IMG/VR virus record: IMGVR_UViG_3300034410_000409
Location: 1 to 38,533 of that record
Source: a virus
Lineage: Duplodnaviria > Caudoviricetes
DNA: 38,533 nucleotides
Strand: one strand, 5' to 3'
The notes beneath the pieces were generated by a model, which was not told the origin of the DNA, did not search any database, and saw only the letters and a program-made list of their open reading frames with translations. A program made the translations under genes and the position numbers. Below are positions 17,271 through 25,586 of this stretch, one piece after another (the stretch's first letter is position 1; each line of letters starts with the position of its first letter).

Positions 17271-17318
17271 TTTTTAATTCCTTATTAGATTTAGTTTAAC
17301 ATACGTATTTATAAAATG

Positions 17319-17747
17319 TTAAAAAGAGTATTGTAATTCTCCGAAACATTCAAAAGCTAATTCAGCTTCTAGATCAAATGCTTCTATTTCCCAAGGCTGT
17401 TTACGATAAGGTGTATTGCGAGGAAGCTCTGGTTCTGCTTTCCACAATTGACTTCCATCTGTTCTATGACCAAGTTCACCTTTAACATATTGCCTTACGT
17501 GAATCATTTCATGGCACACAGTGCTAATGACATGATAAAGTGTTAAGCCCTTTTGTATTTCTATAAAGAACTCTCGATTGTGATCTCCTTCTACACAATA
17601 CCCGTATGCACCTGTAATATTTTTAATTTTAATAGTAATGTCTAGAGTACGGTAACGAGGCATGAGCTTTTGCACACACCAACAAGCGACTTCTTCAATT
17701 AATTGTCGCTCTTTAGCTTTACCACCGGTCACTTGAACTATATTCAT
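17319..17747 (-). CDS. HExxH zinc metallopeptidase-like protein
   Basis: CHEMIHVRQ and PWEIEA. Confidence 0.7.
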   Translation of the reverse strand: MNIVQVTGGKAKERQLIEEVACWCVQKLMPRYRTLDITIKIKNITGAYGYCVEGDHNREFFIEIQKGLTLYHVISTVCHEMIHVRQYVKGELGHRTDGSQLWKAEPELPRNTPYRKQPWEIEAFDLEAELAFECFGELQYSF

Positions 17748-17775
17748 AGACCAACCTTTACTACCTTAAGAATAT

Positions 17776-17804
17776 ATTATATTCTACTTTTTAAAATATG
17801 TCAA
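17776..17804 (-). promoter_or_regulatory. Early promoter
   Basis: TTGACA-N17-TATAAT. Confidence 0.8.
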
Positions 17805-18356
17805 CTACGCAGCTGAAGCAAATACATATATTTCACGTGAAGAAGTTGAATCATATATTTCCTTCTTTGGAAGTATAACCTCACGTTCATAATCACATGT
17901 CTCTACAACTTCAGGCTTACCATATTTGGTTTGTGCCCATACAACTAGATCAGTCATTCGAGCTAGATCAAACCAGACTTTACGACCACCTTGCGATTGA
18001 GCAGTACCAGCCTGAAAACAAACACCAAGCTTTTTCATAGCATAACGATAAGCTTTAGCAGCAATTCCACGACCAGCATACCTATGGTCAAGTTGAGTCA
18101 TATCAATATGGTATGCATTTTTAAAGTCACCTACCGATAACTCTACATTAAGAACCCTCTTAACACGCTGAGGGCTTCTTCCATGGACCATACTATTATC
18201 TACAACTTCTATAGATAAAAAACCATCTTTAATCATAGAATCATCGACCCACATGGTCAACCTTGAGAAGTTACCAACCTTTCTATACACATCATCTGTA
18301 GCTCGTGTATCAAAATAGCCAAGACTGGCTTTCTTCTTCATGGTGATTCGATCCAT
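17805..18356 (-). CDS. GNAT-fold acetyltransferase-like early protein
   Basis: HRYAGRGIA acetyl-CoA motif A and QSQGGRKVW. Start moved to MDRIT (AAGGA RBS) because the track start lies inside the promoter. Confidence 0.6.
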   Translation of the reverse strand: MDRITMKKKASLGYFDTRATDDVYRKVGNFSRLTMWVDDSMIKDGFLSIEVVDNSMVHGRSPQRVKRVLNVELSVGDFKNAYHIDMTQLDHRYAGRGIAAKAYRYAMKKLGVCFQAGTAQSQGGRKVWFDLARMTDLVVWAQTKYGKPEVVETCDYEREVILPKKEIYDSTSSREIYVFASAA

Positions 18357-18386
18357 AATGTAGTTCCTTATCATCAATAAAGGTAT

Positions 18387-18415
18387 ATTATACATCATTT
18401 TAGAACGAATGTCAA
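18387..18415 (-). promoter_or_regulatory. Early promoter
   Basis: TTGACA-N17-TATAAT, nearly identical to the 9228 promoter. Confidence 0.85.
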
Positions 18416-18456
18416 CAGTTATTTAGACCATTTTGTTATATAAATGGCCTTTTTTA

Positions 18457-18972
18457 TTACTTTTTAGCTGCTTTTTTGGCCGCTTTAGCCGCTTTCTTTT
18501 CCATCTGAATGACTGCTTTATCGTATTTTGCTTGAGAAATTAGGCCTTCTTTAAGCAATCTCGTACGGTTTACCATATGAGCAGCTTGAGTTTCTTCCTT
18601 AGATCCACCAAAATATGGTACACAATGACCTTCTTCAGCCATTATTTCGGTGACTTTTTTCATTTCTCCGTTGTATTCTACTTTAAAATCTCCAAGGATA
18701 CGACCGAATTTGCCCTTCATGTCTTCGCCTTTTCTGTCTTCGGTTGTAATCAACTTACCACCTTTTTTCATCAGCTGCTTTAATCTCAGCTTAGCCGCTT
18801 CTCCAAATAGATCTTCTACTCTATCTGATGTGCGTGATTCGGGAGTATCAATTCCCATAATTCGTACTCGTTCATCTGTTAGTGTAATACCGAAGCCAAG
18901 ATCAATGTCTACATCTACAGTATCACCGTCAACTACTTTAAGTACTTTGACGTCATATTCGTTCGTGTTCAT
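18457..18972 (-). CDS. Thermonuclease (SNase-like) family nuclease
   Basis: VVDGDT, RVRIMGIDTPE and KGKFGRILG. Confidence 0.85.
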   Translation of the reverse strand: MNTNEYDVKVLKVVDGDTVDVDIDLGFGITLTDERVRIMGIDTPESRTSDRVEDLFGEAAKLRLKQLMKKGGKLITTEDRKGEDMKGKFGRILGDFKVEYNGEMKKVTEIMAEEGHCVPYFGGSKEETQAAHMVNRTRLLKEGLISQAKYDKAVIQMEKKAAKAAKKAAKK

Positions 18973-19064
18973 TTGCTTACATCCTTTAAGATTGTGTTAT
19001 TAATTAGAGTGTACTTGAGTATATACAATATACTTACTTATTTATCATGTAAGATGATTTAATT

Positions 19065-19072
19065 TATAAATA
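19065..19072 (+). promoter_or_regulatory. T4-type late promoter for the secreted-protein operon
   Basis: TATAAATA. Confidence 0.7.
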
Positions 19073-19123
19073 ACCTGTAAGCGTTAAAAAATTATGAAGT
19101 TATATACACTGGAGAAATATGAG

Positions 19124-19696
19124 ATGAGAAGTTTCGCTATAGCCACTGCTGGCTTAATGTTATTGATCTTTGCAAATGTGGCGCAGGCACAAGATGCCGA
19201 ATGTCCGGAAGGTTACGTTTGTACAAAATCAGGCACTGATAGTACAATTACAAGTAACGGTAATATGAATACAACTATTACTCAACCACCGCCTAGTGCT
19301 ATTGCACCGCAATTTCACACAGGCAATAATAGCGACCTCTGTACCATTGGAGTGAGCGCTGCTATCCAAACACAAATTTTAGGTATCTCGGGCGGAGGAA
19401 CTTTTACAGAAGAAAACTGCCAGAGATTAAAGAATGCAAAAGTACTATATGACATGGGAATGAAAGTTGCCGCAGTATCAGTAATGTGCCAAGATAAAGG
19501 CGTGTTCGATGCTATGATGGATGCTGGCACACCATGTCCGTACGACGGTCAAATCGGCGAAGCTGCAAAGCTTGGTTGGGAGACCCACGTTGAGCAGACC
19601 GAAGAAGAATTAAAAAAGATGGGACCATTAGGAAATGTTGAAGAGAAAGCTCCTTTTATTGGCGCTGGCTTGTTGGCCTTCTTACTCTTACTCTGA
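19124..19696 (+). CDS. Exported Cys-rich protein with a C-terminal membrane anchor
   Basis: Signal peptide ending AQA-QD, six Cys, C-terminal FIGAGLLAFLLLL; GGAG RBS before MRSFA. Confidence 0.7.
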   Translation: MRSFAIATAGLMLLIFANVAQAQDAECPEGYVCTKSGTDSTITSNGNMNTTITQPPPSAIAPQFHTGNNSDLCTIGVSAAIQTQILGISGGGTFTEENCQRLKNAKVLYDMGMKVAAVSVMCQDKGVFDAMMDAGTPCPYDGQIGEAAKLGWETHVEQTEEELKKMGPLGNVEEKAPFIGAGLLAFLLLL

Positions 19697-20549
19697 GAGC
19701 ATAGCTCCGTATTATGGTTATACGGGGAATGCTATCACAGATCAAGCGTTAAGATGGTCGATGGGTAATGTGCTGCCTGAAGGAGTCCCAGGATTAGATA
19801 TACAAAATGTAATATATTCATACCGTATACAAAAGGAAACTGGTGAGTGGGTTACGGTATTTGTACAGAATGAGTTCGCAGAAGGTGCGGGTGAAGGTTA
19901 TATCTTTAGGGAAAGAGATGACTGGCTGCCTGGATCTTTATCAGGTACAAGAATCCAAAAAGCTGTACCAGTAGGAAATTTACCCCGAGCGTTATGGGGA
20001 GATGGAAGTATCGAGGTGGAAGGAAATGGAAGCGTTGATGACGCTAGCGTCGTATATACGTACAAGGTAACTCCTTGTTTTGATCCACAGTTTGATCCAA
20101 ACTGTCCAGGCTATAAATTGCCTGTTCCCGATATTCCAGAGATAGGACTAGATGATGTTTATAATGTTTTTGATGACGAAGCAGTGGACCTTGATCGCAA
20201 TACAGCCATGGCAGAAGATGATGAGAATGATGAAGAGAATGAAGCTGAAGATACAGAAGCTAAAGAAGACGAGAGAAGAAAGTATCGTTTAGAAAAAGCA
20301 ATGTCAGTTGCAGATACTGCAGCGTTGTTTGCTCAGAACGATATGATTAATCAAATGAATGCTGTCTCACAAACAGCAATTACTACCGCGTACTTGCCCT
20401 TGAATATACCGGGCGGCAGTTATAATGATACCTTAGTCTATAGAGATGTAGGTATGTCTGATGGTAAAAAAGGACTACGCAATGGATTGGCTCAGCAATT
20501 ACTTCATACTCAAATGGTTGATAAGCAATATAATTTAACTGAAAAATAA
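19635..20549 (+). CDS. Exported protein with a beta-rich domain, CFDPQFDPNCPGY motif and acidic linker
   Basis: Signal peptide MLKRKLLLLALACWPSYSYS. Confidence 0.7.
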   Translation: MLKRKLLLLALACWPSYSYSESIAPYYGYTGNAITDQALRWSMGNVLPEGVPGLDIQNVIYSYRIQKETGEWVTVFVQNEFAEGAGEGYIFRERDDWLPGSLSGTRIQKAVPVGNLPRALWGDGSIEVEGNGSVDDASVVYTYKVTPCFDPQFDPNCPGYKLPVPDIPEIGLDDVYNVFDDEAVDLDRNTAMAEDDENDEENEAEDTEAKEDERRKYRLEKAMSVADTAALFAQNDMINQMNAVSQTAITTAYLPLNIPGGSYNDTLVYRDVGMSDGKKGLRNGLAQQLLHTQMVDKQYNLTEK

Positions 20550-20557
20550 TAGGAGAC

Positions 20558-21082
20558 ATGCAAATGTTCAAAAATAACTTAATTAAACTTGGAGCACTGG
20601 TCTTAGTACTAGGCGCTCATAATGGTATTGCGCAGGCTCAGGACACCCCAATTAACGGAACAGTCCAGTCGCGTTGTATCATTCAAACAGATGTTGCGGG
20701 TACTTATGCTAACCCCAATGCCTACACACTAACAACCGCATCAGCAGATGGTGGTGACAACGCTGTTATTCGTATCGATGTATCATTAGCTGATGCATAC
20801 TACGCAGAAATTACAGCACCGGAATCTTTTTCCAGTTCGCCGAATCTTCCTGATGTTGTATATTGGACTGGTGACACAACTGTGAAAACAGTTTCTGACG
20901 CTACTACTATGGGCGCTTATGAAACAAGCAAAATTGAACTTGGTATGGTTGATAGATATGACCTAACCGCCACAGGTTCTACTTGGTTTGAAACTTCATC
21001 TGTTGCTACAATGGGTGGTTCAAAAGCTTTTCCAGGTGGTAACTATACCGCTTTAGTACAAGCTGATTGCATCGCTAAGTGA
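20558..21082 (+). CDS. Fimbrial/pilin-like exported subunit
   Basis: Signal peptide AQA-QD; N-terminal INGTVQSRC and C-terminal GNYTALVQADC, as in chaperone-usher/Csu-type pilins. Confidence 0.55.
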   Translation: MQMFKNNLIKLGALVLVLGAHNGIAQAQDTPINGTVQSRCIIQTDVAGTYANPNAYTLTTASADGGDNAVIRIDVSLADAYYAEITAPESFSSSPNLPDVVYWTGDTTVKTVSDATTMGAYETSKIELGMVDRYDLTATGSTWFETSSVATMGGSKAFPGGNYTALVQADCIAK

Positions 21083-21202
21083 AATGGAGGCAGTTCTATT
21101 GGACAATCTGCGCCAGCAACAAATCCTGACCCAACTTGTAGAAGGTTTGGTGGTTGCCCGTAAGGTTTCTGGTATGCAGCTGACTAAAAAGGATTTTAAA
21201 TA

Positions 21203-21595
21203 ATGTTACGTTATGTATTAATTGTGCTAGTGCTTATGTCGGTTTCTGTAGTCCGTGCTCATGAAATGGTTCCAACTTATCCAGAGATGAAACCCTCTTT
21301 CATGGACGGATTGCAGAAATTAACAATGACGATGTTCAATAAAAGGCAAGAAGTAGAGTATTATGAAATAGGCGTGTTCACCGAAGAGTGGGAACCGTTG
21401 CCGTTTGTATCAAATTATAAAGTATTTAAAATACCTTATTTGAGTACGGTAACATTTGACATATACATCAGAGACGAAGATAAGAATAAAGCTGAATTTA
21501 TATGTTCTCAATCTAAATTACGGAAAGAGCAATTAACGAGAACTGCCGTGTCTTCACGGATATGTTCCAGGGTGAAAAAGAAGGTTAGACGATGA
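21203..21595 (+). CDS. Exported protein resembling a pilus-chaperone Ig-like domain
   Basis: Signal peptide VRA-HE; PTY...LTMTMFN...YYEIGV pattern like the PapD N-domain; C-terminal Cys pair. Confidence 0.45.
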   Translation: MLRYVLIVLVLMSVSVVRAHEMVPTYPEMKPSFMDGLQKLTMTMFNKRQEVEYYEIGVFTEEWEPLPFVSNYKVFKIPYLSTVTFDIYIRDEDKNKAEFICSQSKLRKEQLTRTAVSSRICSRVKKKVRR

Positions 21596-22035
21596 AAAAC
21601 TATGCAAAGGCAATTATGATATCTTTTCTGATATATCCTACTATATCTTTGGCCGATAGTAGTGGGATTGGAGTAACACTCCCAGGAATGAGTTCTAGTT
21701 ATGGCCAAGATAGTATTCGTGCCGGTGATTTAGATTGTAAAAACTCGATTGGTGGCGCAACAAATTTAGAGTTCGGAGTAACTGGCGTGGTAGACAATTA
21801 TCAAAGCCCGTTTGGCGGTGGTAATTTCGACCCAACAAGAAGCAGCGAACGAGATATAGGGGTTTATGCTAGGATTACTATTCCTCTCGATAAACCAAAA
21901 GAAAGAATTAACTGTAACTCTCTATATCAATTGGAATTACGCAAAAAACGTCTTGAGGTTCTAAAACTACAACAAGAACTTGAGGCCTTAAAACGTTTGA
22001 ATGCATCCGGTGAATCTGAAGAGTTCGAAAATTAA
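21592..22035 (+). CDS. Exported protein with amphipathic beta-strands and a C-terminal coiled coil
   Basis: Signal peptide SLA-DS; NLEFGVTG and IGVYARITIPL; two Cys; LELRKKRLEVLKLQQELEAL. Confidence 0.65.
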   Translation: MKNYAKAIMISFLIYPTISLADSSGIGVTLPGMSSSYGQDSIRAGDLDCKNSIGGATNLEFGVTGVVDNYQSPFGGGNFDPTRSSERDIGVYARITIPLDKPKERINCNSLYQLELRKKRLEVLKLQQELEALKRLNASGESEEFEN

Positions 22036-22048
22036 TTGGAGAAAGGCA

Positions 22049-22657
22049 ATGGCCAAAAAAGATCTTGGAGAAGGAATTGAAAATTTTGAGAATGAGGTCG
22101 AAAACTTAAAGAACAAAAAGTTCGAGATATTTGGATTTACAATGACGCCCACGACTATAGGTGCGGCTTTTGCTATACTGAGTACTATACTAGGTGGCTT
22201 ATACGGAGCATTCAAAGTATATGACGATTATGGCGCAATGAAAGAAATTGTATCGAGTATTGATGTAGAAGCAATCAAAGCTGAAAACGATAAAGTTATA
22301 TTAAAGCTCGATGAATCAATAGCTCGTATTGATGAAGCTATTGAATATACTCGTGATATTAAATCAGGATTACGTGATGATATTATGGGTATTGAAAAAC
22401 AAGTAGATCGCGTCGAAGATAGCTTTAGAAAACAAGAAGGCGAAATCAGAGATATTATTCAAAATGCGGAAGAGCGTTTTGAAAACAAGCGTGATGCGTT
22501 ACAAAACGATTACGATCAAAAAGCAGGTGCTCTCAGAAATTCTAACTCAGCAAGAATGAGTGAACTTGAATCAAAGGTTGAACGAGATTTAGAAAATCTA
22601 GAAACCGATTTAATGAAGAAATTGCAAAGAGCATTAGATAATCCATTAGCGGATTAA
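22049..22657 (+). CDS. Single-TM long coiled-coil protein
   Basis: Start MAKKD after GGAG; TM segment IGAAFAILSTILGGLYGAF; heptad-rich C-terminus. Confidence 0.7.
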   Translation: MAKKDLGEGIENFENEVENLKNKKFEIFGFTMTPTTIGAAFAILSTILGGLYGAFKVYDDYGAMKEIVSSIDVEAIKAENDKVILKLDESIARIDEAIEYTRDIKSGLRDDIMGIEKQVDRVEDSFRKQEGEIRDIIQNAEERFENKRDALQNDYDQKAGALRNSNSARMSELESKVERDLENLETDLMKKLQRALDNPLAD

Positions 22658-22670
22658 GATTGGAACAACA

Positions 22671-22805
22671 TTGATCAATGTTATATATACTATAAGCTTT
22701 ATGATATTAGTAGTATTATTTTACATCCAGTTAACAATAGGATGGAGCGACAGGATAGATTGGCTACAAAGCCTTTCTAATGAAACACACTTAACGAGGA
22801 AATAG
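22671..22805 (+). CDS. Possible small membrane peptide (44 aa, TTG start)
   Basis: MINVIYTISFMILVVLFYIQLTIGW...; fills the gap but the RBS is weak. Confidence 0.3.
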   Translation: MINVIYTISFMILVVLFYIQLTIGWSDRIDWLQSLSNETHLTRK

Positions 22806-22808
22806 AAT

Positions 22809-23519
22809 ATGAGCGTAAGTCATAAAATGGCACGTCTTTCTGAAATTGCGTATCTTGACGGAAAGGAAGCAAAGGCACATAAAAAAGAACTAGGTTTTAC
22901 AGGTCACAAGTTTTTCGAAGACGATGGAGCACAAGCTCACGTTTTCTGGAATAAAGAAGATTATGTAGTATGTTACCGTGGTACAGAACCAGAAGAGATC
23001 TCAGACCTACTAGCTGATTTAAATGCAATACCTCGTGGAGCGATGACGAATGGTTTAGTTCATTCAGGTTTTAGAAATGAATGTGATAAATTATGGAGAG
23101 CAATTTCAAAGCATCAGTTAACACACGACAAGAAAAACTTATATGTTACTGGTCATTCATTAGGAGCCGCAATGGCTACTATAGCAACTTCTCGCTTTGA
23201 GGAATATACTAACGTAGTACAGCTTACAACTTTTGGATCACCAAGAGTCGGTACACGCAGTTTCGTTAAAGCCATCTCAACACCACACAAAAGGTTTGTT
23301 AATAACAATGATCTTGTTACTAGGGTACCACTGTGGTTGATGGGATATAAACACCATGGCGCATTACAATACATTAACTTCTATGGCAATGTTCGTAAAC
23401 TTACTTATTGGCAAGCAGTTAAAGATAAATGGCGTGGTTGGAGATCAGGTATCCTCGACGGAGCGGTAGATCACGGAATGAATAACTACGTTAAACATAC
23501 GGAGAAATTAGATGATTGA
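22809..23519 (+). CDS. Lipase class 3 (alpha/beta hydrolase)
   Basis: YRGTE, VHSGF, TGHSLG nucleophile elbow, TFGSPRVG, NNNDLVTRVP and DH. Confidence 0.9.
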   Translation: MSVSHKMARLSEIAYLDGKEAKAHKKELGFTGHKFFEDDGAQAHVFWNKEDYVVCYRGTEPEEISDLLADLNAIPRGAMTNGLVHSGFRNECDKLWRAISKHQLTHDKKNLYVTGHSLGAAMATIATSRFEEYTNVVQLTTFGSPRVGTRSFVKAISTPHKRFVNNNDLVTRVPLWLMGYKHHGALQYINFYGNVRKLTYWQAVKDKWRGWRSGILDGAVDHGMNNYVKHTEKLDD

Positions 23520-23853
23520 GACAATATCACAAATGTTCGGAGATAGACTCTGGATATATACAGCAATAGCAGGTGCATTAATTGGTGCTGCATTCTTAGC
23601 TTGGTTCAAAGGAACTAGAGCAGGATTGTGGTGCTATGCCTTATTCGACAGAACATTAGACTACTTAGTCGATCGTTGGGGTTGGACTTGGTTGCAAGAA
23701 CCAGTAGATGCTTGGAGAAAGAAATACCCCAAGATTACTAACAAGATTGATGAGCTTCAAAGCAGCATTAACGTTTTAGAACTACGTATTAAAAGTTTAG
23801 AGAACGGCAAGAAAGCAAAGATCATTAAACAAAAGAAGGAGACAAAGAAATGA
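23512..23853 (+). CDS. Membrane protein with a C-terminal coiled coil
   Basis: N-terminal TM segment; overlaps the lipase stop. Confidence 0.7.
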   Translation: MIETISQMFGDRLWIYTAIAGALIGAAFLAWFKGTRAGLWCYALFDRTLDYLVDRWGWTWLQEPVDAWRKKYPKITNKIDELQSSINVLELRIKSLENGKKAKIIKQKKETKK

Positions 23854-24008
23854 TAGATTTTATTAAGAATAGATTAAAAGAAAGAACATCTTTAGATGGA
23901 GCTTTACTAATTGGCGGTGGTGTTATTATGCTACTCGCTCCAGTAAGTTTGGTAGCATATGCCATGATTGGTTATGGTGCTTGGACTCTTTGGAAACCAG
24001 AATCATAG
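23850..24008 (+). CDS. Small two-TM holin-like protein (52 aa)
   Basis: MIDFIKNRLKERTSLDGALLIGGGVIMLLAPVSLVAYAMIGYGAWTLWKPES; ATGA coupling and AAGGAG RBS. Confidence 0.6.
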   Translation: MIDFIKNRLKERTSLDGALLIGGGVIMLLAPVSLVAYAMIGYGAWTLWKPES

Positions 24009-24011
24009 AAT

Positions 24012-24110
24012 CACCTAGGACCGTTAGCCGTATCGGCTGATAGCTAGGCGTAGGTGGGTCTGCCACCTTGGAGTCAGGATTCGCTACCCTTGACTCCTAA
24101 AGCGCAGACC
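24012..24110 (+). ncRNA. Candidate structured RNA (multi-helix, possible pseudoknot)
   Basis: Five GC-rich helices; G-U pairs favour the plus strand. Confidence 0.5.
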
Positions 24111-24112
24111 TC

Positions 24113-24313
24113 TTATTTGTCTTCATGAACAGTACCTAAGTGCACACCGATTGTTTTATCTAAACGACTCATTGGCATATTATCTTGAGATAACTCTAAA
24201 GCCGTTTGTTTTAGATTAACGTTGAATTTACTATTAAACCAAACATCAATACGATCTGCAAAATTTACAAGCTTACGAAAGATTCTACCTTTCCACCTAT
24301 TCAATACTCTCAT
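24113..24313 (-). CDS. Hypothetical protein
   Basis: TAATG coupling to gp4. Confidence 0.6.
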   Translation of the reverse strand: MRVLNRWKGRIFRKLVNFADRIDVWFNSKFNVNLKQTALELSQDNMPMSRLDKTIGVHLGTVHEDK

Positions 24314-24693
24314 TAGAATAACTCCTTTTCAGTCATTACTAAAAATTCCATTTCGTTATCTTGGCAGTATTTAGTAGCCGCACTCCATTTAGCCTTATTG
24401 ACTTTCATAGTGCGCTGATAGTGTGGTTTAATCTCAACAAGTTTCTCAACACGATTTCCATTCTTATCGATCATATCAACCCAAAAATCTGGATAGTATG
24501 TTCTATTCTTTTCCTCGTGTATATATGGAATTTTGATCTCTTCACTAGACCATTTAAGAATATTCTCTTTCTTATCGCAATATACCATAAACAATCGTTC
24601 CCAACTGCTACGGTATATTATTTGCTTGATATTTCCAGTATATTTTTCTGGATTTTTAGGTATGTACTTTCCCTTGAAATGAGATCGTTTCAT
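24313..24693 (-). CDS. 4: gp4 head completion nuclease
   Basis: KGKY.PKNPEKY.G, YRSSWE, WSSEE, YYPDF, EIKP and TEKEL. Confidence 0.9.
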   Translation of the reverse strand: MKRSHFKGKYIPKNPEKYTGNIKQIIYRSSWERLFMVYCDKKENILKWSSEEIKIPYIHEEKNRTYYPDFWVDMIDKNGNRVEKLVEIKPHYQRTMKVNKAKWSAATKYCQDNEMEFLVMTEKELF

Positions 24694-24705
24694 ATATGGG
24701 ATTCA

Positions 24706-24849
24706 TTATGAACCCTGTCCTCTATATTTTTTGTATGAACGCTTCTTTGATTTATTCATTGAAGCCATTTTTACTCTACCACGACCAATAGAAGTTTTCT
24801 TATTTGTTTTCTCGATCCCACCTGATGTTGCTCTAAACTTTAGTGCCAT
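24706..24849 (-). CDS. Small basic protein (47 aa)
   Basis: MALKFRATSGG...KKTSIGRG...SYKKYRGQGS; AAGGA RBS. Confidence 0.7.
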   Translation of the reverse strand: MALKFRATSGGIEKTNKKTSIGRGRVKMASMNKSKKRSYKKYRGQGS

Positions 24850-24865
24850 ATTAATCTTATCCTTA

Positions 24866-25078
24866 TTATATTAAAAACCAACGGTAAATACCTAATGCAT
24901 CGATGAATATAAAAAATCCGTTTTGAGTAGTCATTGCCCAGTCTTTCTCTTTATAGAAATACCAACTCAACAGAACGTGTCCTGCCAAAAACAACAAAAA
25001 CCCAAAACGGGAAATCTCTATATTAAGAGATAATAAAGTACCTGCCGATAAAAATAATGCTGTAGCTAACCACTTCAT
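24866..25078 (-). CDS. Small multi-TM membrane protein
   Basis: Three hydrophobic segments; KW.AT pattern shared with 30197-30508. Confidence 0.7.
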   Translation of the reverse strand: MKWLATALFLSAGTLLSLNIEISRFGFLLFLAGHVLLSWYFYKEKDWAMTTQNGFFIFIDALGIYRWFLI

Positions 25079-25117
25079 GATTTATGTGCTCATCAATTCA
25101 TAATAAAAGAATTAAAC

Positions 25118-25249
25118 TAATGGTGGTTGTTTCTTTGGCGTCAGATTCCTACACAGTATATCGGTAGTTCAAAAGTTGCTCCCGAAAGCAGTTCTCCATC
25201 GTGGGTCTTAAATCTTGCGATCTCGCCGTCTCGGTTTATCCCACCATTA
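25118..25249 (-). ncRNA. Candidate stable small RNA (about 130 nt) with its own promoter
   Basis: 9-bp terminal stem TAATGGTGG/CCACCATTA plus internal helices; no ORF with an RBS. Confidence 0.55.
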
Positions 25250-25264
25250 ACTTAATATACATCT

Positions 25265-25293
25265 ATTATACAATAGTTTGAAGCAAATGTCAA
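25265..25293 (-). promoter_or_regulatory. Early promoter
   Basis: TTGACA-N17-TATAAT. Confidence 0.85.
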
Positions 25294-25300
25294 CTGTTTT

Positions 25301-25462
25301 TTAAATTAATCCTAATAAACTAAAAACAACTATGCTTACGATCATGCCCATGAGACCAGAAGCTGTACATCCAAGTTCGTATTCAGCAGTCATTGGTTCC
25401 CAAAAATATGATCCAACAAACGCTCCTGCTAGTACTCCAATAATTACTGATGCAATTAACAT
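25301..25462 (-). CDS. Small two-TM membrane protein (53 aa)
   Basis: MLIASVIIGVLAGAFVGSYFW...; AAGGA RBS; promoter TTGACA-N17-TATATT at 25489-25517. Confidence 0.65.
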   Translation of the reverse strand: MLIASVIIGVLAGAFVGSYFWEPMTAEYELGCTASGLMGMIVSIVVFSLLGLI

Positions 25463-25586
25463 TATATATTCCTTTGTTAGTTTCGTCTAATATATAACAG
25501 TTCAAAGTAAATGTCAACTGTTTCTTGTATTATTATAAATAACTCAATAAACATGCATCTTTACAACAGGAAATCAAAGGCATCTC

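Noticed and set aside
25118-25249. tRNA or 5S rRNA identity
   Set aside because: There is no GTTCRA T-loop or cloverleaf, and only scattered short 5S-like words.
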